Assembly: GCA_047602405.1 (NCBI GenBank)
Contig: JASGHJ010000001.1
Coordinates: 1,280,001 to 1,344,000, forward strand
DNA: 64,000 nt
From: Anaeromyxobacteraceae bacterium
GTDB lineage: Bacteria > Myxococcota > Myxococcia > Myxococcales > Anaeromyxobacteraceae
Direction: 5' to 3'
Part shown: positions 40,712 to 51,271 of the stretch, piece after piece
Position numbering within the stretch: the stretch's first letter is position 1
How the letters are laid out: the number at the start of each line of letters is the position of its first letter
Notes under the pieces: model-generated
What the model was told of the DNA's origin: nothing
Databases searched by the model: none
Seen by the model: only the letters and a program-made list of their open reading frames with translations
Made by a program: the position numbers and the translations under genes

Positions 40712-41608
40712 ATGGACCTCAACGCGGCGGCGATCTTCGTGCGGGTCGCCTCCACGCTGAGCTTCTCGACGGCCGCGCGCGCGCTGGGCGTGCCGCGCTC
40801 CACCGTGTCCCGCAAGATCGCCGCGCTCGAGGCGATGCTGGGGGCGCGGCTGCTCGAGCGCACCTCGCGCGCGGTGCGGCTCACCGACGCCGGCCGCCGC
40901 TTCCAGGAAGACGCCGAGCGCGCCCTCGTCCTGCTCGAGCGCGGCCGCGACGAGCTCGCCGAGCTCTCGCCGGTCCGGACCGGCGAGCTCCGCGTGCTGG
41001 TGGGCGGGGTCGCCGCGGAGTGGCGCCTGCTCGGCCTCGTGACGCGCTTCGCGACCGACCACCCGCGCGTCCGGCTCGTGATCGACGTCCGGGAGAGGCC
41101 ACCCGAGCGCGACGCCGACTTCGACGTGGTGGTGCGCACCGTGCCCCGGAGCACCACCCGGCGGGACGAGGTGGAGCTGTGCGCCTCGCAGCTCGTGGTC
41201 GTGGCGAGCCCCGCCTACCTCCTCCAGGCCGGCACCCCGCGCACCCCCGCGGAGCTGCGCACCCACGCGATCCTCGGCCGCTCGGGGGACAAGGGTCCGG
41301 TCACCTGGCAGTTCCAGGACGAGGGCGAGACGCTCGGCATCGAGCTCGAGCCGCGCGTCGCGGCGGGGCACGTGCCCCTCATCGCGAAGCTCGCCGAGTC
41401 GGGCGCGGGCATCGCCCAGGTGCAGCGCTTCGTCGTCCGCGAGGCGCTCGACGCGGGCCGCCTCGTCGAGCTGCTCGAGCGGTTCCGCCCGCCGCGGGCC
41501 GCGCTCGTCGCGAGCACGCCGGGGCGGGTGGTGAGACCGGTGGTCCGGGCCTTCGTGGACGCGCTCCGGCGGCACCACCTCGACCTCGGCGACGCCGCCG
41601 GGTCCTGA
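40712..41608 (+). CDS. LysR-family regulator (copy 2)
   Basis: ATG at 40712; SFSTAARALGVPRSTVSRKIAALEAMLGARLLERTSR; ASPAYL. Confidence 0.93.
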   Translation: MDLNAAAIFVRVASTLSFSTAARALGVPRSTVSRKIAALEAMLGARLLERTSRAVRLTDAGRRFQEDAERALVLLERGRDELAELSPVRTGELRVLVGGVAAEWRLLGLVTRFATDHPRVRLVIDVRERPPERDADFDVVVRTVPRSTTRRDEVELCASQLVVVASPAYLLQAGTPRTPAELRTHAILGRSGDKGPVTWQFQDEGETLGIELEPRVAAGHVPLIAKLAESGAGIAQVQRFVVREALDAGRLVELLERFRPPRAALVASTPGRVVRPVVRAFVDALRRHHLDLGDAAGS

Positions 41609-41691
41609 GCGGCAGGACCGAGCCCCTGCGACACTTCGCCTCCGACACCCGGTCACGCCTGACGTAGGGTGAAGCCATCGGGGGGTCCAGC

Positions 41692-42360
41692 ATGTCGAGG
41701 TCGTCCGTCGCCGCGCTCTGCGCGGCCGCCGCCATCGCGGTGTCCGGCACCGCGCGCGCCGCGCCGGAGGACGCCGGCGCCGCGGCGCACCCGGCCCTCA
41801 CCCTCCACCCGCCGGTGTGGCGCGGACCCGCGAGCGCCGTGCTCTCCATGGGGTGGGACGCCGGCGGCGAGGAGCTCTTCCGCGTCGGGCTGAGCGACGG
41901 GTCGACCCAGAGGCTGGACGCGAACTCGGGCTTCTGGATGCAGGGCGGCCTCGCGTTCGCGAAGGTCGGGCTCGGTCCGGTCGGGCTCGAGACGACCGCC
42001 ACGTTCGGCTTCAAGTACAAGCGCATCGGCGTGGACGACGATGGGATCCGGTACCTCGCGTTCCCGCTCGAGGTCACCGAGCGGGCCAGCCTCGGCGCGC
42101 TGCGCCTGGGCGTCGGCGTGTCGCTCGCGCTCGGCCCGAGCCTCGCCACCCAGGGCATCCTCATGAACAAGGGGTACGACGTCGAGCTGCAGAACTCGCT
42201 CGGGCTCCTGTTCGAGCTCGACTTCATCTCGATCCGGGCGCGCCGCGACCAGGGCTGGCTCGTCGGGGTCCGCTACCACTGGCAGCAGCTCGCGAGCAAG
42301 GAGCTGCGCATCCCCGTCGACGCGAACGCCTTCGGCCTCGTCCTCGGGCTGGAGCTCTAG
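41692..42360 (+). CDS. Secreted protein, probable small outer-membrane beta-barrel
   Basis: Signal peptide (ARA|A), amphipathic strands, ends FGLVLGLEL. Confidence 0.65.
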   Translation: MSRSSVAALCAAAAIAVSGTARAAPEDAGAAAHPALTLHPPVWRGPASAVLSMGWDAGGEELFRVGLSDGSTQRLDANSGFWMQGGLAFAKVGLGPVGLETTATFGFKYKRIGVDDDGIRYLAFPLEVTERASLGALRLGVGVSLALGPSLATQGILMNKGYDVELQNSLGLLFELDFISIRARRDQGWLVGVRYHWQQLASKELRIPVDANAFGLVLGLEL

Positions 42361-42362
42361 CC

Positions 42363-45300
42363 GTGCGCACCCGGATCGTGGCCCTGACCCTCCTCGCCGT
42401 CGCCGGCTGCGGCGATCTCACGCTGCCGTGGTCGGACCCGCCCACCCTCGCGGAGCGGGGCAGGCCGGCGGGGCAGATGCGGCTCTCGACCGACGCGGTC
42501 GCCTACCGCGGCTACGTCGGCGTGCAGCCGTCCGTCCCGTACGTCGTCGTCGGCGTCGTCGGGGCGGACGAGCCGCTCGGCGTCTACGCGACCTACGACG
42601 GCGCCGCGGTCTCCTCGCTCTGGGCGAGCCCGCTCTCGGCGACCTCGATCGAGCTCGGCTTCACCGCGGTCACGCCGCAGGTGCCGGGCACGCTCGAGAG
42701 CGTGATCGTCGTCCACGTCTGCGCCGACGAGGGCTGCGTGCGCGAGCTCGAGAACAGCCCCATGTCGGTGCGGATCACCGTCGAGGGCGTCCAGCCGGAG
42801 CTCGTCCCCTCGAAGGAGGCGATCGGGTTCACGTACCAGCACGGGGGAACGGGCGCCAGCCCGGTCGAGGATGGGTTCACCGTCCGCGAGGCCGCGCTCG
42901 GGTTGCCGTACGAGGCGACCCTCGGGGTCACCTACGAGGGCGCGCGCGCGGGCTGGCTGAGCTACAGCCACACGCCGGCGGGCGACGCGTTCCAGTGCTC
43001 CGTCCAGGAGTACGAGGCGAGGACGCTGCCGCCCGGCGTGTACCGCGCCGACGTGGAGGTGCGCGCGCTCGGGACCGAGCTCCGCGTGCCGGTGGCGCTG
43101 ACCGTGACGGAGCCGGCCGTCTCGTCGATCTCTCCCGCCTCGGTCTCCTTCTCGGCGTTCCGCGGTGGATCGCTGCCGGCGGAGCAGAGCGTCACGCTGC
43201 AGGCGGCGGGCGTGGCGGTGCCGCGGAGCGTCCTGACGTCGATCGAGTACCCGCCCGGCGAGGTCGCCTGGCTCTGGGCGGCGGGCGCCGCCTACCCGGG
43301 CACCGTGACCCTGGGCATGAACTCCACCGACGTGCCCGGTGGGGCGCACGCCGCGACGGTGCGCCTGCGCTCGGAGTTCGGGACCGACCTCGGCACCATC
43401 GCGGCGCGCCTCGACGTCGCCGAGGTGCCCTACGCGGCGGTTCCCGCCGGACTCGCCTTCTCGATCTCCTCCGTCTGGCCCACCCGCCCGGCCTCCCAGA
43501 CCGTGGCGATCGACAGCCCGAACGCGCCGAGGTTCCCGTTCGAGGCCGCCGTCACCGTCGACTACGCCGCCGGCCCGTCCGGCTGGCTGGACACGTCCGG
43601 CACCGCGCTCGTGCCGGGCCACGTCGGCGTGGGGGTCTGGGTCACCGGCCTCGCCCCGGGCACGTACCACGCCACGGTCCTCGTGAAGCGCGCCTCGGAT
43701 GGCCATACGCTCGTCGCGATCCCGGTCACGCTGACCGTGAAGCCGCCCGCCCTCGTGGCGACCCCTCCGTCCCTCACGTTCCGGACGTACCAGAACGAGG
43801 CGGAGCTGCCTCCCGCCCAGACCGTGACGCTCACGTCGGCGATCGGCGAGCCGGTGGCCTACACGGTGAGCTGGTCCGCCGGGTGGCTCCCCTACGCCCA
43901 CCCGCCCGGCGCGACGACCCCGGGGACGGTCGAGGTCCAGCCGTACGCCAACTACTACAACCCGGGGATCCAGGAGGCCGAGATTCTGGTTCCTCTCGCC
44001 CGACCGCGAGCCGCTGCTGCGCGTCCCGGTCGCCTACGAGGTCCTGCCCGACCCGCTCCACGCCCTTCCGGAGGAGGGGACTCGGTTCACGGTGGGGCCG
44101 GGCTCGACCGACGCCGACCTCGATCGCCTGGTGACCCTGGAGGACGGCGGTGCCCACTCCACGTTCACCGCCCTCGGCCCGCCCTGGGTCTCCCTGACGC
44201 CGACGTCCGGCGCCACCGGGCCGGGCACCACCCTCGCGCTGCACCTCCCGAGGGCGAGCCTCCCGGGCCTGAACGACGCGTACGGAGGCGTGGGTGAGGT
44301 GAAGCTCGTCCACAGGCCGCCGGGCGGTCTCTCCCCGATCACGCTCTCGTACCCGGTCGTCGCGACGGTCCGCCTCCCGGTGGTCCGCGCGGTCACCCCG
44401 TGGGCGGTCGCCGCGGGCGACCTCACGCCGGTCCGCCTCCACGGGCTCAACCTCGACCAGGCGGTCCCGGGCGGCGTCACGCTCGGCGGCGCGCCGATCG
44501 CGACCGAGCCCACGCCCTCGGCCGACGCCGCCACCGCGGTCCCACCGGTCCTCGCGCCCGGCGCGCACGCGGTCTCGGCGCCGAACGCCCTCGCGCTCGA
44601 CCTCGGCGGCACCGCGCTGCACGTGGTCGCGGTGGGCCCGCGGGCGGCCGCCTCCGGCCCGTCGCAGGCGGGCGAGCGGGCCGCCCTCGTCCGTGACGAC
44701 GTGCGGGGCGCGACCTACGCGGCCAACACGGGCGGCTGGCTCGAGCGCTGGCGGGACGCGGCCGGCCACGCGCTCGAGAAGCTGCCCTTCCCGGCGCTCC
44801 GCGGCGCGGCGCTGACGCCGGACGGCGCGACGCTGCTCGTGCTCGCCGGCGAGGACCTGTGGGAGGTCGATCCGGCCGCCTTCACGAAGCCGTCCGCGCC
44901 GGTCGCGTCGCTCTCCTCGTGGCACCTCGCGACCGGCACGTGGCGGCTCGCCATGGCGGCCGACGGGATCGCGATCCTGGGGCCCTCGAATTCGGCGTGG
45001 GCGGGCACGTGCCTCCGGTACGTCGTGCGCACGCAGGAGCTCCTGTGGGGCGGCGGCTGCGGCGCCGACTCCGAGGCCGACCTCGCGGCATCCCGCGACG
45101 GCGAGCGGATCGTCTTCGCCGCCGGCACGGAGATCCTCACCTCCTACGACGCGAGCGGCGGGGGCATGGCCGTGAAGGCCCTCGCCGCGAACGTCCCGGT
45201 GTTCCACCCCGTCCTCGATCGCACCGGCCGCCGCTACCTGCCGTCGACGGTCGGGGCAGGCCAGCTCCGCGACGAGAACCTCGACCCCATCCCGGGCACG

Positions 45301-45552
45301 CTCGGGGCGGGCACGCTCGCGGCGGCGCTCTCCGACGGCGGCGACCGGGTCTTCACCTGGGACGCCTCCGGGAAGGTGCGCGTCTGGGACGTCTCCGCGC
45401 CGGTCGCGGATGGCGGGACCTATCCGGAGGTCGGCCTGGGCGTGACCCCCGTCGCACTCCCCGGCGCGAACCCCCGCGCGGCGCTCTCGGTGGACGGGAA
45501 GACGCTCTACCTCGTCGGCGACACCGCGCTCGTGGTGGTGCCGCTGCCGTAG
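42363..45552 (+). CDS. Large lipoprotein with BACON/Ig-like repeats and C-terminal beta-propeller, +1 frameshift at about 43984
   Basis: GTG start, lipobox VAGC; repeated P.SL.F...WL...PG.Y.A.V...VPVTLTV units; continues in ORF 44092-45552. Confidence 0.78.
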
Positions 45553-45634
45553 CACGCGGGCGGCCAGGCGGTCGCGGGCGCTCCGCGACCGCCGAGGCTT
45601 CCGCGGCGCCCGGCCGCTGCGCACGTTCGGGGGG

Positions 45635-46468
45635 ATGGCCGCCCCCGAGCCCCCCGACACGAGCCCCGCCGCCGCGACCGCCGAGCGCGATCCGGGTGAG
45701 CTCGACGCCCGCGCCGACGCCCTGCGCGCCCTCGCCGCCGCGCGGGTGCCGCACCTCGTCGGCGGCGCCTACGCCTTCTTCGCGTACACCGGCATCTACC
45801 GCGACACGAAGGACCTCGACGTCTTCATCCGGTTCGCCGACCTCGAGGACGCGTTCCGGGCGCTCGAGGCCGAGGGCTTCCGCACCGAGCTGACCGATCC
45901 GGGCTGGATCGCGAAGGCCTTCCGGGGCGAGTGGTTCGTCGACCTCATCTTCTCGTCCGGGAACGGCGTCGCGGTCGTGGACGAGGCCTGGTTCACGAAC
46001 GCCCGGCCGACCGAGGTCATGGGCGTCCAGGCCCGCATCACGCCGCCCGAGGAGATGATCTGGTCGAAGTCGTTCGTGCTCGAGCGGGAGCGCTACGACG
46101 GCGCCGACGTGAACCACCTCCTGCACGCCTGCGCGCGCGACCTCGACTGGGACCGGCTGCTGGCGCGGTTCGATCGGTACCCGGAGGTGCTGCTCTCGCA
46201 CCTGCTCATGTTCTCGTTCGTCTACCCGGGCCATCGCGACGAGGTGCCGAACCGGGTCATGGAGCTGCTCTGGGAGCGGACCCGCCAGGGCCACCCGCTG
46301 CCGCCGGGGCGCGTGTGCCGCGGGCCGCTCGTCTCGCGGCACGCCTACGGCCACGACCTCGCGGAGCACGGGCTCCTCGACGGGCGGAGCTGGGACGAAG
46401 GGGAGCGGGCGTCCCGCCCCGGCCCGGGGGGAGCGCATGCCGGGGTTCCGGCTCGCGGCGGCGGGTGA
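45635..46468 (+). CDS. Pol-beta-superfamily nucleotidyltransferase, uncharacterised
   Basis: LVGGAYA...RDTKDLDVF (GG/DxD) and third Asp in VDLIF. Confidence 0.82.
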   Translation: MAAPEPPDTSPAAATAERDPGELDARADALRALAAARVPHLVGGAYAFFAYTGIYRDTKDLDVFIRFADLEDAFRALEAEGFRTELTDPGWIAKAFRGEWFVDLIFSSGNGVAVVDEAWFTNARPTEVMGVQARITPPEEMIWSKSFVLERERYDGADVNHLLHACARDLDWDRLLARFDRYPEVLLSHLLMFSFVYPGHRDEVPNRVMELLWERTRQGHPLPPGRVCRGPLVSRHAYGHDLAEHGLLDGRSWDEGERASRPGPGGAHAGVPARGGG

Positions 46469-47153
46469 CCTGCACTGCCGGGCCGAGCAGGTCGGCCGGT
46501 TCCGGGAGCTCGTCCGCGCCGTGAACGGCGAGGCCGAGGCGCTCCTGCTGGCGGGCGACCTCACCGATCACGGCCTCGTGGACGAGGCGAAGCGCCTCGC
46601 CGAGGCGCTCGCGGAGCTGAAGGTGCCGTGCGCTGCGGTGCTCGGGAACCACGACTTCGAGGGGGGCGTGGTGAAGGAGCTCGTGCGGATCCTCGCCGAG
46701 GCGAAGGTGCAGGTCCTCGACGGCGATCACGCGCTCTTCCAGCGCCGCGTGGGCGTCGCCGGCGTGAAGGGCTTCGGCGGCGGCTTCGAGCGCGGGATGC
46801 TGCAGGCCTTCGGCGAGCCCGCCATCAAGGCCTTCGTGCAGGAGGCGGTGAGCGAGGCGCTGAAGCTCGAGGCGGCGCTCGCGCAGCTCGATGTGGAGCT
46901 GCGCGTCGTCCTCCTCCACTACGCCCCGATCTCCGCGACCTGCGCCGGCGAGGCGCCCGAGCTCCTGCCGTACCTCGGGACGAGCCGGCTGGGGGTCGCG
47001 TGCGACTCGTTCGGCGCGACCGTGATCGTGCACGGGCACGCGCACCACGGGATCGCCGAGGGGCGGACGCCCGGCGGGAGGCCGGTCTACAACGTGGCGC
47101 TGCCGGTGCTGAAGAAGGAGGGGGACAGGAAGTTCCGCGTGATCGAGCTGTGA
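46437..47153 (+). CDS. Calcineurin-like metallophosphoesterase
   Basis: GDLH, AGDLT, GNHD and HGHAH motifs. Confidence 0.9.
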   Translation: MPGFRLAAAGDLHCRAEQVGRFRELVRAVNGEAEALLLAGDLTDHGLVDEAKRLAEALAELKVPCAAVLGNHDFEGGVVKELVRILAEAKVQVLDGDHALFQRRVGVAGVKGFGGGFERGMLQAFGEPAIKAFVQEAVSEALKLEAALAQLDVELRVVLLHYAPISATCAGEAPELLPYLGTSRLGVACDSFGATVIVHGHAHHGIAEGRTPGGRPVYNVALPVLKKEGDRKFRVIEL

Positions 47154-47184
47154 CGTCCCGGGGGCCCATGGCCCCCCGTGAAAC

Positions 47185-47565
47185 TCAGTGCCGCAGCGGC
47201 GGGGGGCCGGCGGCCTTGCGGACGCGGTCGAGGATCTCGTCCATGCCGACCGACTTCGGGATGTAACCCTGGGCGCCGAGGAGCTCGGCCTCCCACTCGA
47301 AGCCGTAGGCGGAGAGGATCAGGATCGGCACGCCGGAGGACTTCGCGTCGCCGCGCATCCGCTCCATCACGCCCCAGCCGTCGAGGACCGGCATCTTGAG
47401 GTCGAGGAGCACGATGCCCGGCGCCTCGTCGGCGACGCGCTTCAGCGCGACCTCGCCGTTCTCGGCGCCCTGCACCGGGTAGCCGGCCTCGAGGAGGACC
47501 TCGGAGAGGGCCTCGCGGAAGTCGTCGTCGTCGTCGACGACGAGGATGTACTGGCCCGGGGTCAC
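47185..47565 (-). CDS. Single-domain response regulator (receiver only)
   Basis: ILVVDDDDD, LLDLKMPVLDG, ILSA, YIPK; GTGA coupling with the upstream gene. Confidence 0.92.
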   Translation of the reverse strand: MTPGQYILVVDDDDDFREALSEVLLEAGYPVQGAENGEVALKRVADEAPGIVLLDLKMPVLDGWGVMERMRGDAKSSGVPILILSAYGFEWEAELLGAQGYIPKSVGMDEILDRVRKAAGPPPLRH

Positions 47566-48551
47566 GCGGCGCCCTGCCCCTGGCCCGCCGCCGGCTCGCG
47601 CGAGAGCTCGTCGGCGATCTCGTCGGCGATGCGGCGGGCGTCCGCGACGCGCTCGGGCTCGAGCGAGACCGCGCCGACGACGGGGTGGCCGCCGCCGCCG
47701 TAGCGCTCGCAGATCTTCGAGATGTCGTGCGGGCGGGCCGGGCGGGCCCACGGGTTCGAGCCCACCGAGACCTTCGCACGCTTCGCGTCGCGGGTGACGG
47801 CGACGACGTAGCTCGCGTGGGGGAAGAGGTCGTAGGCGATGAACTTGTTGGGCGAGGTGATGCCGCTCTCCGAGAGGTCCATCCGCACGACCCCCTGCAC
47901 CTGGCGCGCGAGCTTCCGCACGACGTCGACGTTGCCCTGGTGGCGCGCCTTGAGCGGCGCGAACGGCCCGGCGATCCAGGGCTCGGCGGCGATCTCGGCG
48001 AGCGGCCGGCGCTGCATGGCCTCGATGACGCGGGTGGGGAGCGCGGGATCCTGGGTGGCCTCGAGCACCGTCATGACGTGCAGGGCCGGGGCCTCGAGCC
48101 GCACCGCGGTGGAGGGCGACTCGAAGCGGGCGGCGTCGATGACGTCGGCCCACCGGACGAGCTCGTCGAGCTCGGGCGCCTGCCAGCCGAACCGCGCCGC
48201 GACCGTGCGCGCGATGAAGCCCGCGCAGGAGGGCGCCTTCGGATCCCAGAACTTCCGCGGCGAGCACTCGGCCTCGTAGGCCGCGCGGTCCTCCGGCGTC
48301 GGGAAGCCGCTCGCGTGGTGATCGAACCACCAGTGAAGCCGCGGGTCCCGCGAGTAGCGGAAGTCGACGCAGGCGTTCACGTCGCCGTCGAAGGCGTCGG
48401 CCGGGAAGGCGTTGCCGAGGGCGTGGTGGACCGGCTCGTAGCGGACCTGGGCGCCCCGCACGCCCTCCTGGTCGGAGAGGAAGCGCGAGACGATCGCCGC
48501 GGAGGCGCAGCCGTCGAAGCAATTGCCGTGATAGAGGATCTTGAGCTGCAT
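47562..48551 (-). CDS. DHH-family phosphoesterase
   Basis: YHGNCFDG, VDF, WFDHH and C-terminal GGGGH (DHHA1). Confidence 0.85.
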   Translation of the reverse strand: MQLKILYHGNCFDGCASAAIVSRFLSDQEGVRGAQVRYEPVHHALGNAFPADAFDGDVNACVDFRYSRDPRLHWWFDHHASGFPTPEDRAAYEAECSPRKFWDPKAPSCAGFIARTVAARFGWQAPELDELVRWADVIDAARFESPSTAVRLEAPALHVMTVLEATQDPALPTRVIEAMQRRPLAEIAAEPWIAGPFAPLKARHQGNVDVVRKLARQVQGVVRMDLSESGITSPNKFIAYDLFPHASYVVAVTRDAKRAKVSVGSNPWARPARPHDISKICERYGGGGHPVVGAVSLEPERVADARRIADEIADELSREPAAGQGQGAA

Positions 48552-48774
48552 TCGGGCGTGAACCTAAGGTTCCCGGCAGCATAGCCGCAACGCAACCCCG
48601 CACGCCGGTTCCAGATTGCCCGGGCCCCAAGCGTGAGGTCCGGTGGCTCGGGAACGCTGCGCCGCTCCACGTCCGGCAAGCTCGGGCATGGGGGCCGCCC
48701 CGAGGCCGGAGGCGGCCGGGCGGGCGGTTCGGCGGTGGCGGCCCCGGGACCCTGCGGGTACACTCGGCCCGGCC

Positions 48775-49741
48775 ATGGAAGCGATCCGCATCGGGGCGCT
48801 GCTCGAGGACAACCGGTTCGACCTCCGGTTGCAGCTCCTCGCCGGCAAGCAGGGGCTCTCGCGGCGGATCAGCTCGGCACGCATCCAGAAGCCCGGCCTC
48901 GTGCTCGCGGGCTTCACCGAGAACCTCCACAAGGAGCGGGTGCAGGTCTTCGGCAACACCGAGATGAGCTACATCGCCACGCTCGCGAAGGAGCGGGTCC
49001 GCGAGGTCATGCGGATGTTCTTCGCCCAGGACGTGGCGTGCCTCGTGGTGACGAAGGGGCTCGAGGTGCCGCCGGAGGTGGTGGCCGCGGCCGACGAGGC
49101 GGGGGTGCCGCTGCTCCGCACCGTCCACCTCTCCTCCACCTTCATCGAGTCGGTGCAGTCCTGGCTCGAGGACGTCCTCACCGCCCAGACCTCCATGCAC
49201 GGGGTGCTGCTCGACGTCTTCGGGGTCGGCATCCTCCTCCTCGGCAAGTCGGGCATCGGCAAGAGCGAGAATCGCGCTCGACCTCATCATGCGCGGCCAC
49301 CGCCTCGTCGCCGACGACATCGTCGACGTGAAGCGCAAGGCCGCCGACGCGGTCTTCGGCGCCGGCTCCGAGATCATCAAGCACCACATGGAGATCCGGG
49401 GCCTCGGGATCATCAACATCAAGGACCTCTTCGGCGTCGCGGCCATCCGCGAGCGCAAGAAGATCGAGATCGTGCTGGAGCTCGTGGAGTGGGACCCGTC
49501 GGTCGAGTACGACCGCCTGGGCGTCGAGGAGAAGAAGTACCGGGTCCTCGACGTGGAGATCCCGATGCTGGTGGTGCCGGTCCGGCCGGGCCGCAACATG
49601 ACCACCATCGTCGAGGTCGCCGCCCGCAACCACCTCCTGAAGCTCCAGGGCCACCACTCGGCGCGGGAGTTCCAGGAGCGCCTGAACCGCGCCATCGCGC
49701 TCGCGCCCGGCGGGCGCGTCGGCGAGACGGAAGTCGAATGA
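48775..49741 (+). CDS. hprK: HPr kinase/phosphorylase, +1 frameshift at about 49270 (probably sequencing error)
   Basis: [21 protein letters not shown] and Walker [10 protein letters not shown]; next frame [25 protein letters not shown]. Confidence 0.92.
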
Positions 49742-49748
49742 GGGGCAG

Positions 49749-50642
49749 ATGAGCGAGGCAGAGTCCACCGCAGGCTCCGACGGGCCGCGGGTCGTCATCC
49801 TCACCGGCCTCTCCGGGTCGGGGAAGACGACCGCGCTGCGCGCGCTGGAGGACGCGGGCTACTACTGCGTCGACAACCTCCCCATCGTGCTCATGGAGAA
49901 GCTCATCGAGCTCTCCGGGCACACCGCGGGCGAGGTCTCCCGCATCGCGCTCGTGGTCGACGCCCGCGAGGGCCGGTTCCTCGGCGAGGCGCCGCGCATC
50001 ATCGGCGAGCTCCGCGCGAAGGGCATCGACCTCGAGGTCCTCTTCTTCGACGCCTCCGACGAGTCGCTGGTCCGCCGCTACTCCGAGACCCGCCGCCGCC
50101 ACCCGCTCGCCGGCGAGGGCGGCACCGTCCCCGACGGCATCGCCGCCGAGCGCGCCGCGCTCGCGGATCTCAAGGCGGTGGCGGACGAGGTGGTGGACAC
50201 GACCACCCTCAACGTCCACGAGCTGAAGCGGCTCGTGGCCCGGCGCTTCGTCGCCTCTCAGGAGGCCCGGCTCGGCGTCACGGTGGTCAGCTTCGGGTTC
50301 CGGTACGGCATCCCCACCCACGCCGACCTCGTCCTCGACGTCCGGTTCCTGCCGAACCCCTTCTTCATCCCGGAGCTGAAGCCCTTCCCGGGGACCGACC
50401 CGCGGGTGGCGAGCTTCGTCCTGGGCCAGCCCGACGCGAAGGCGTTCCTCGAGCGGCTCAACGACCTCCTCGGCTTCCTCCTGCCGCGGTACCGGTCGGA
50501 GGGGAAGACCTACCTCACCATCGCGATCGGCTGCACCGGCGGGAAGCACCGCTCGGTCGCGCTCGCCGGGGCCCTGACCGACCGCCTCGAGGCGAGCGGC
50601 CAGCCGGTGCGCCTGTGGCACCGCGACGTCGAGAAGGAGTAG
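49749..50642 (+). CDS. rapZ: RNase adapter RapZ (YvcJ/UPF0042)
   Basis: [38 protein letters not shown] and [10 protein letters not shown]. Confidence 0.95.
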   Translation: MSEAESTAGSDGPRVVILTGLSGSGKTTALRALEDAGYYCVDNLPIVLMEKLIELSGHTAGEVSRIALVVDAREGRFLGEAPRIIGELRAKGIDLEVLFFDASDESLVRRYSETRRRHPLAGEGGTVPDGIAAERAALADLKAVADEVVDTTTLNVHELKRLVARRFVASQEARLGVTVVSFGFRYGIPTHADLVLDVRFLPNPFFIPELKPFPGTDPRVASFVLGQPDAKAFLERLNDLLGFLLPRYRSEGKTYLTIAIGCTGGKHRSVALAGALTDRLEASGQPVRLWHRDVEKE

Positions 50643-50810
50643 CGCACCACGGCACCGGCGCCGGGCTCCCCCCGGTCCGGTGACGCTGCGCCCGGGTCGC
50701 ATTCACAGGGGACCGACGCCGTCCGATCGAAGTGCTGGTATCGGGCGGCGAGAGGGACTAATGATGCGCCGCCCGAGGTCGGCCCTGGCCACGGCGTGGA
50801 GGCAACTCGA

Positions 50811-51227
50811 ATGATCGGAGTCGTGGTCGCCACGCACGGTCGCCTGGCCGAGGAGCTGATCCGGACGGCGGAGGGGATCGTCGGTCCGCTCGACCGGTGC
50901 GAGGCCATCAGCATCGGCTCGAACCAGTCGATGGAGGACTGCAAGGCCCGCCTCGAGGAGGCCGTGCGCCGCGTCGACGAGGGGCAGGGCGTGCTCGTCC
51001 TCACCGACATGTTCGGCGGCACCCCCGCGAACCTCGCCCTCATGCTGCTCGACGAGCGGCTCGAGGTGGTCACGGGCGTGAACCTGCCCATGCTCATCAA
51101 GGTGGCCTCCGCGCGCTCGAGCGGCCTGCCGCTCGCCGAGGCCGCGCAGCTCGTCACCAACCACGCGCAGAAGAACATCTCCGTCGCCTCCGAGGTGCTC
51201 CGGGCCCGGGCCCGGCCGCGCACCTGA
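50811..51227 (+). CDS. PTS mannose/fructose-family EIIA
   Basis: VVATHG, LTDMFGGTPAN and VTGVNLPML. Confidence 0.93.
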   Translation: MIGVVVATHGRLAEELIRTAEGIVGPLDRCEAISIGSNQSMEDCKARLEEAVRRVDEGQGVLVLTDMFGGTPANLALMLLDERLEVVTGVNLPMLIKVASARSSGLPLAEAAQLVTNHAQKNISVASEVLRARARPRT

Positions 51228-51271
51228 GCCGCCCTGAATGCAGCGCCCCGCCCGCACGTCCTGATCGAGCC

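Noticed and set aside
15126..49741. Calling GH57, glgA, dinB, the BACON lipoprotein and hprK pseudogenes
   Set aside because: Each has a single +1 indel in a shared sequence context and otherwise intact motifs, so sequencing error is more parsimonious.
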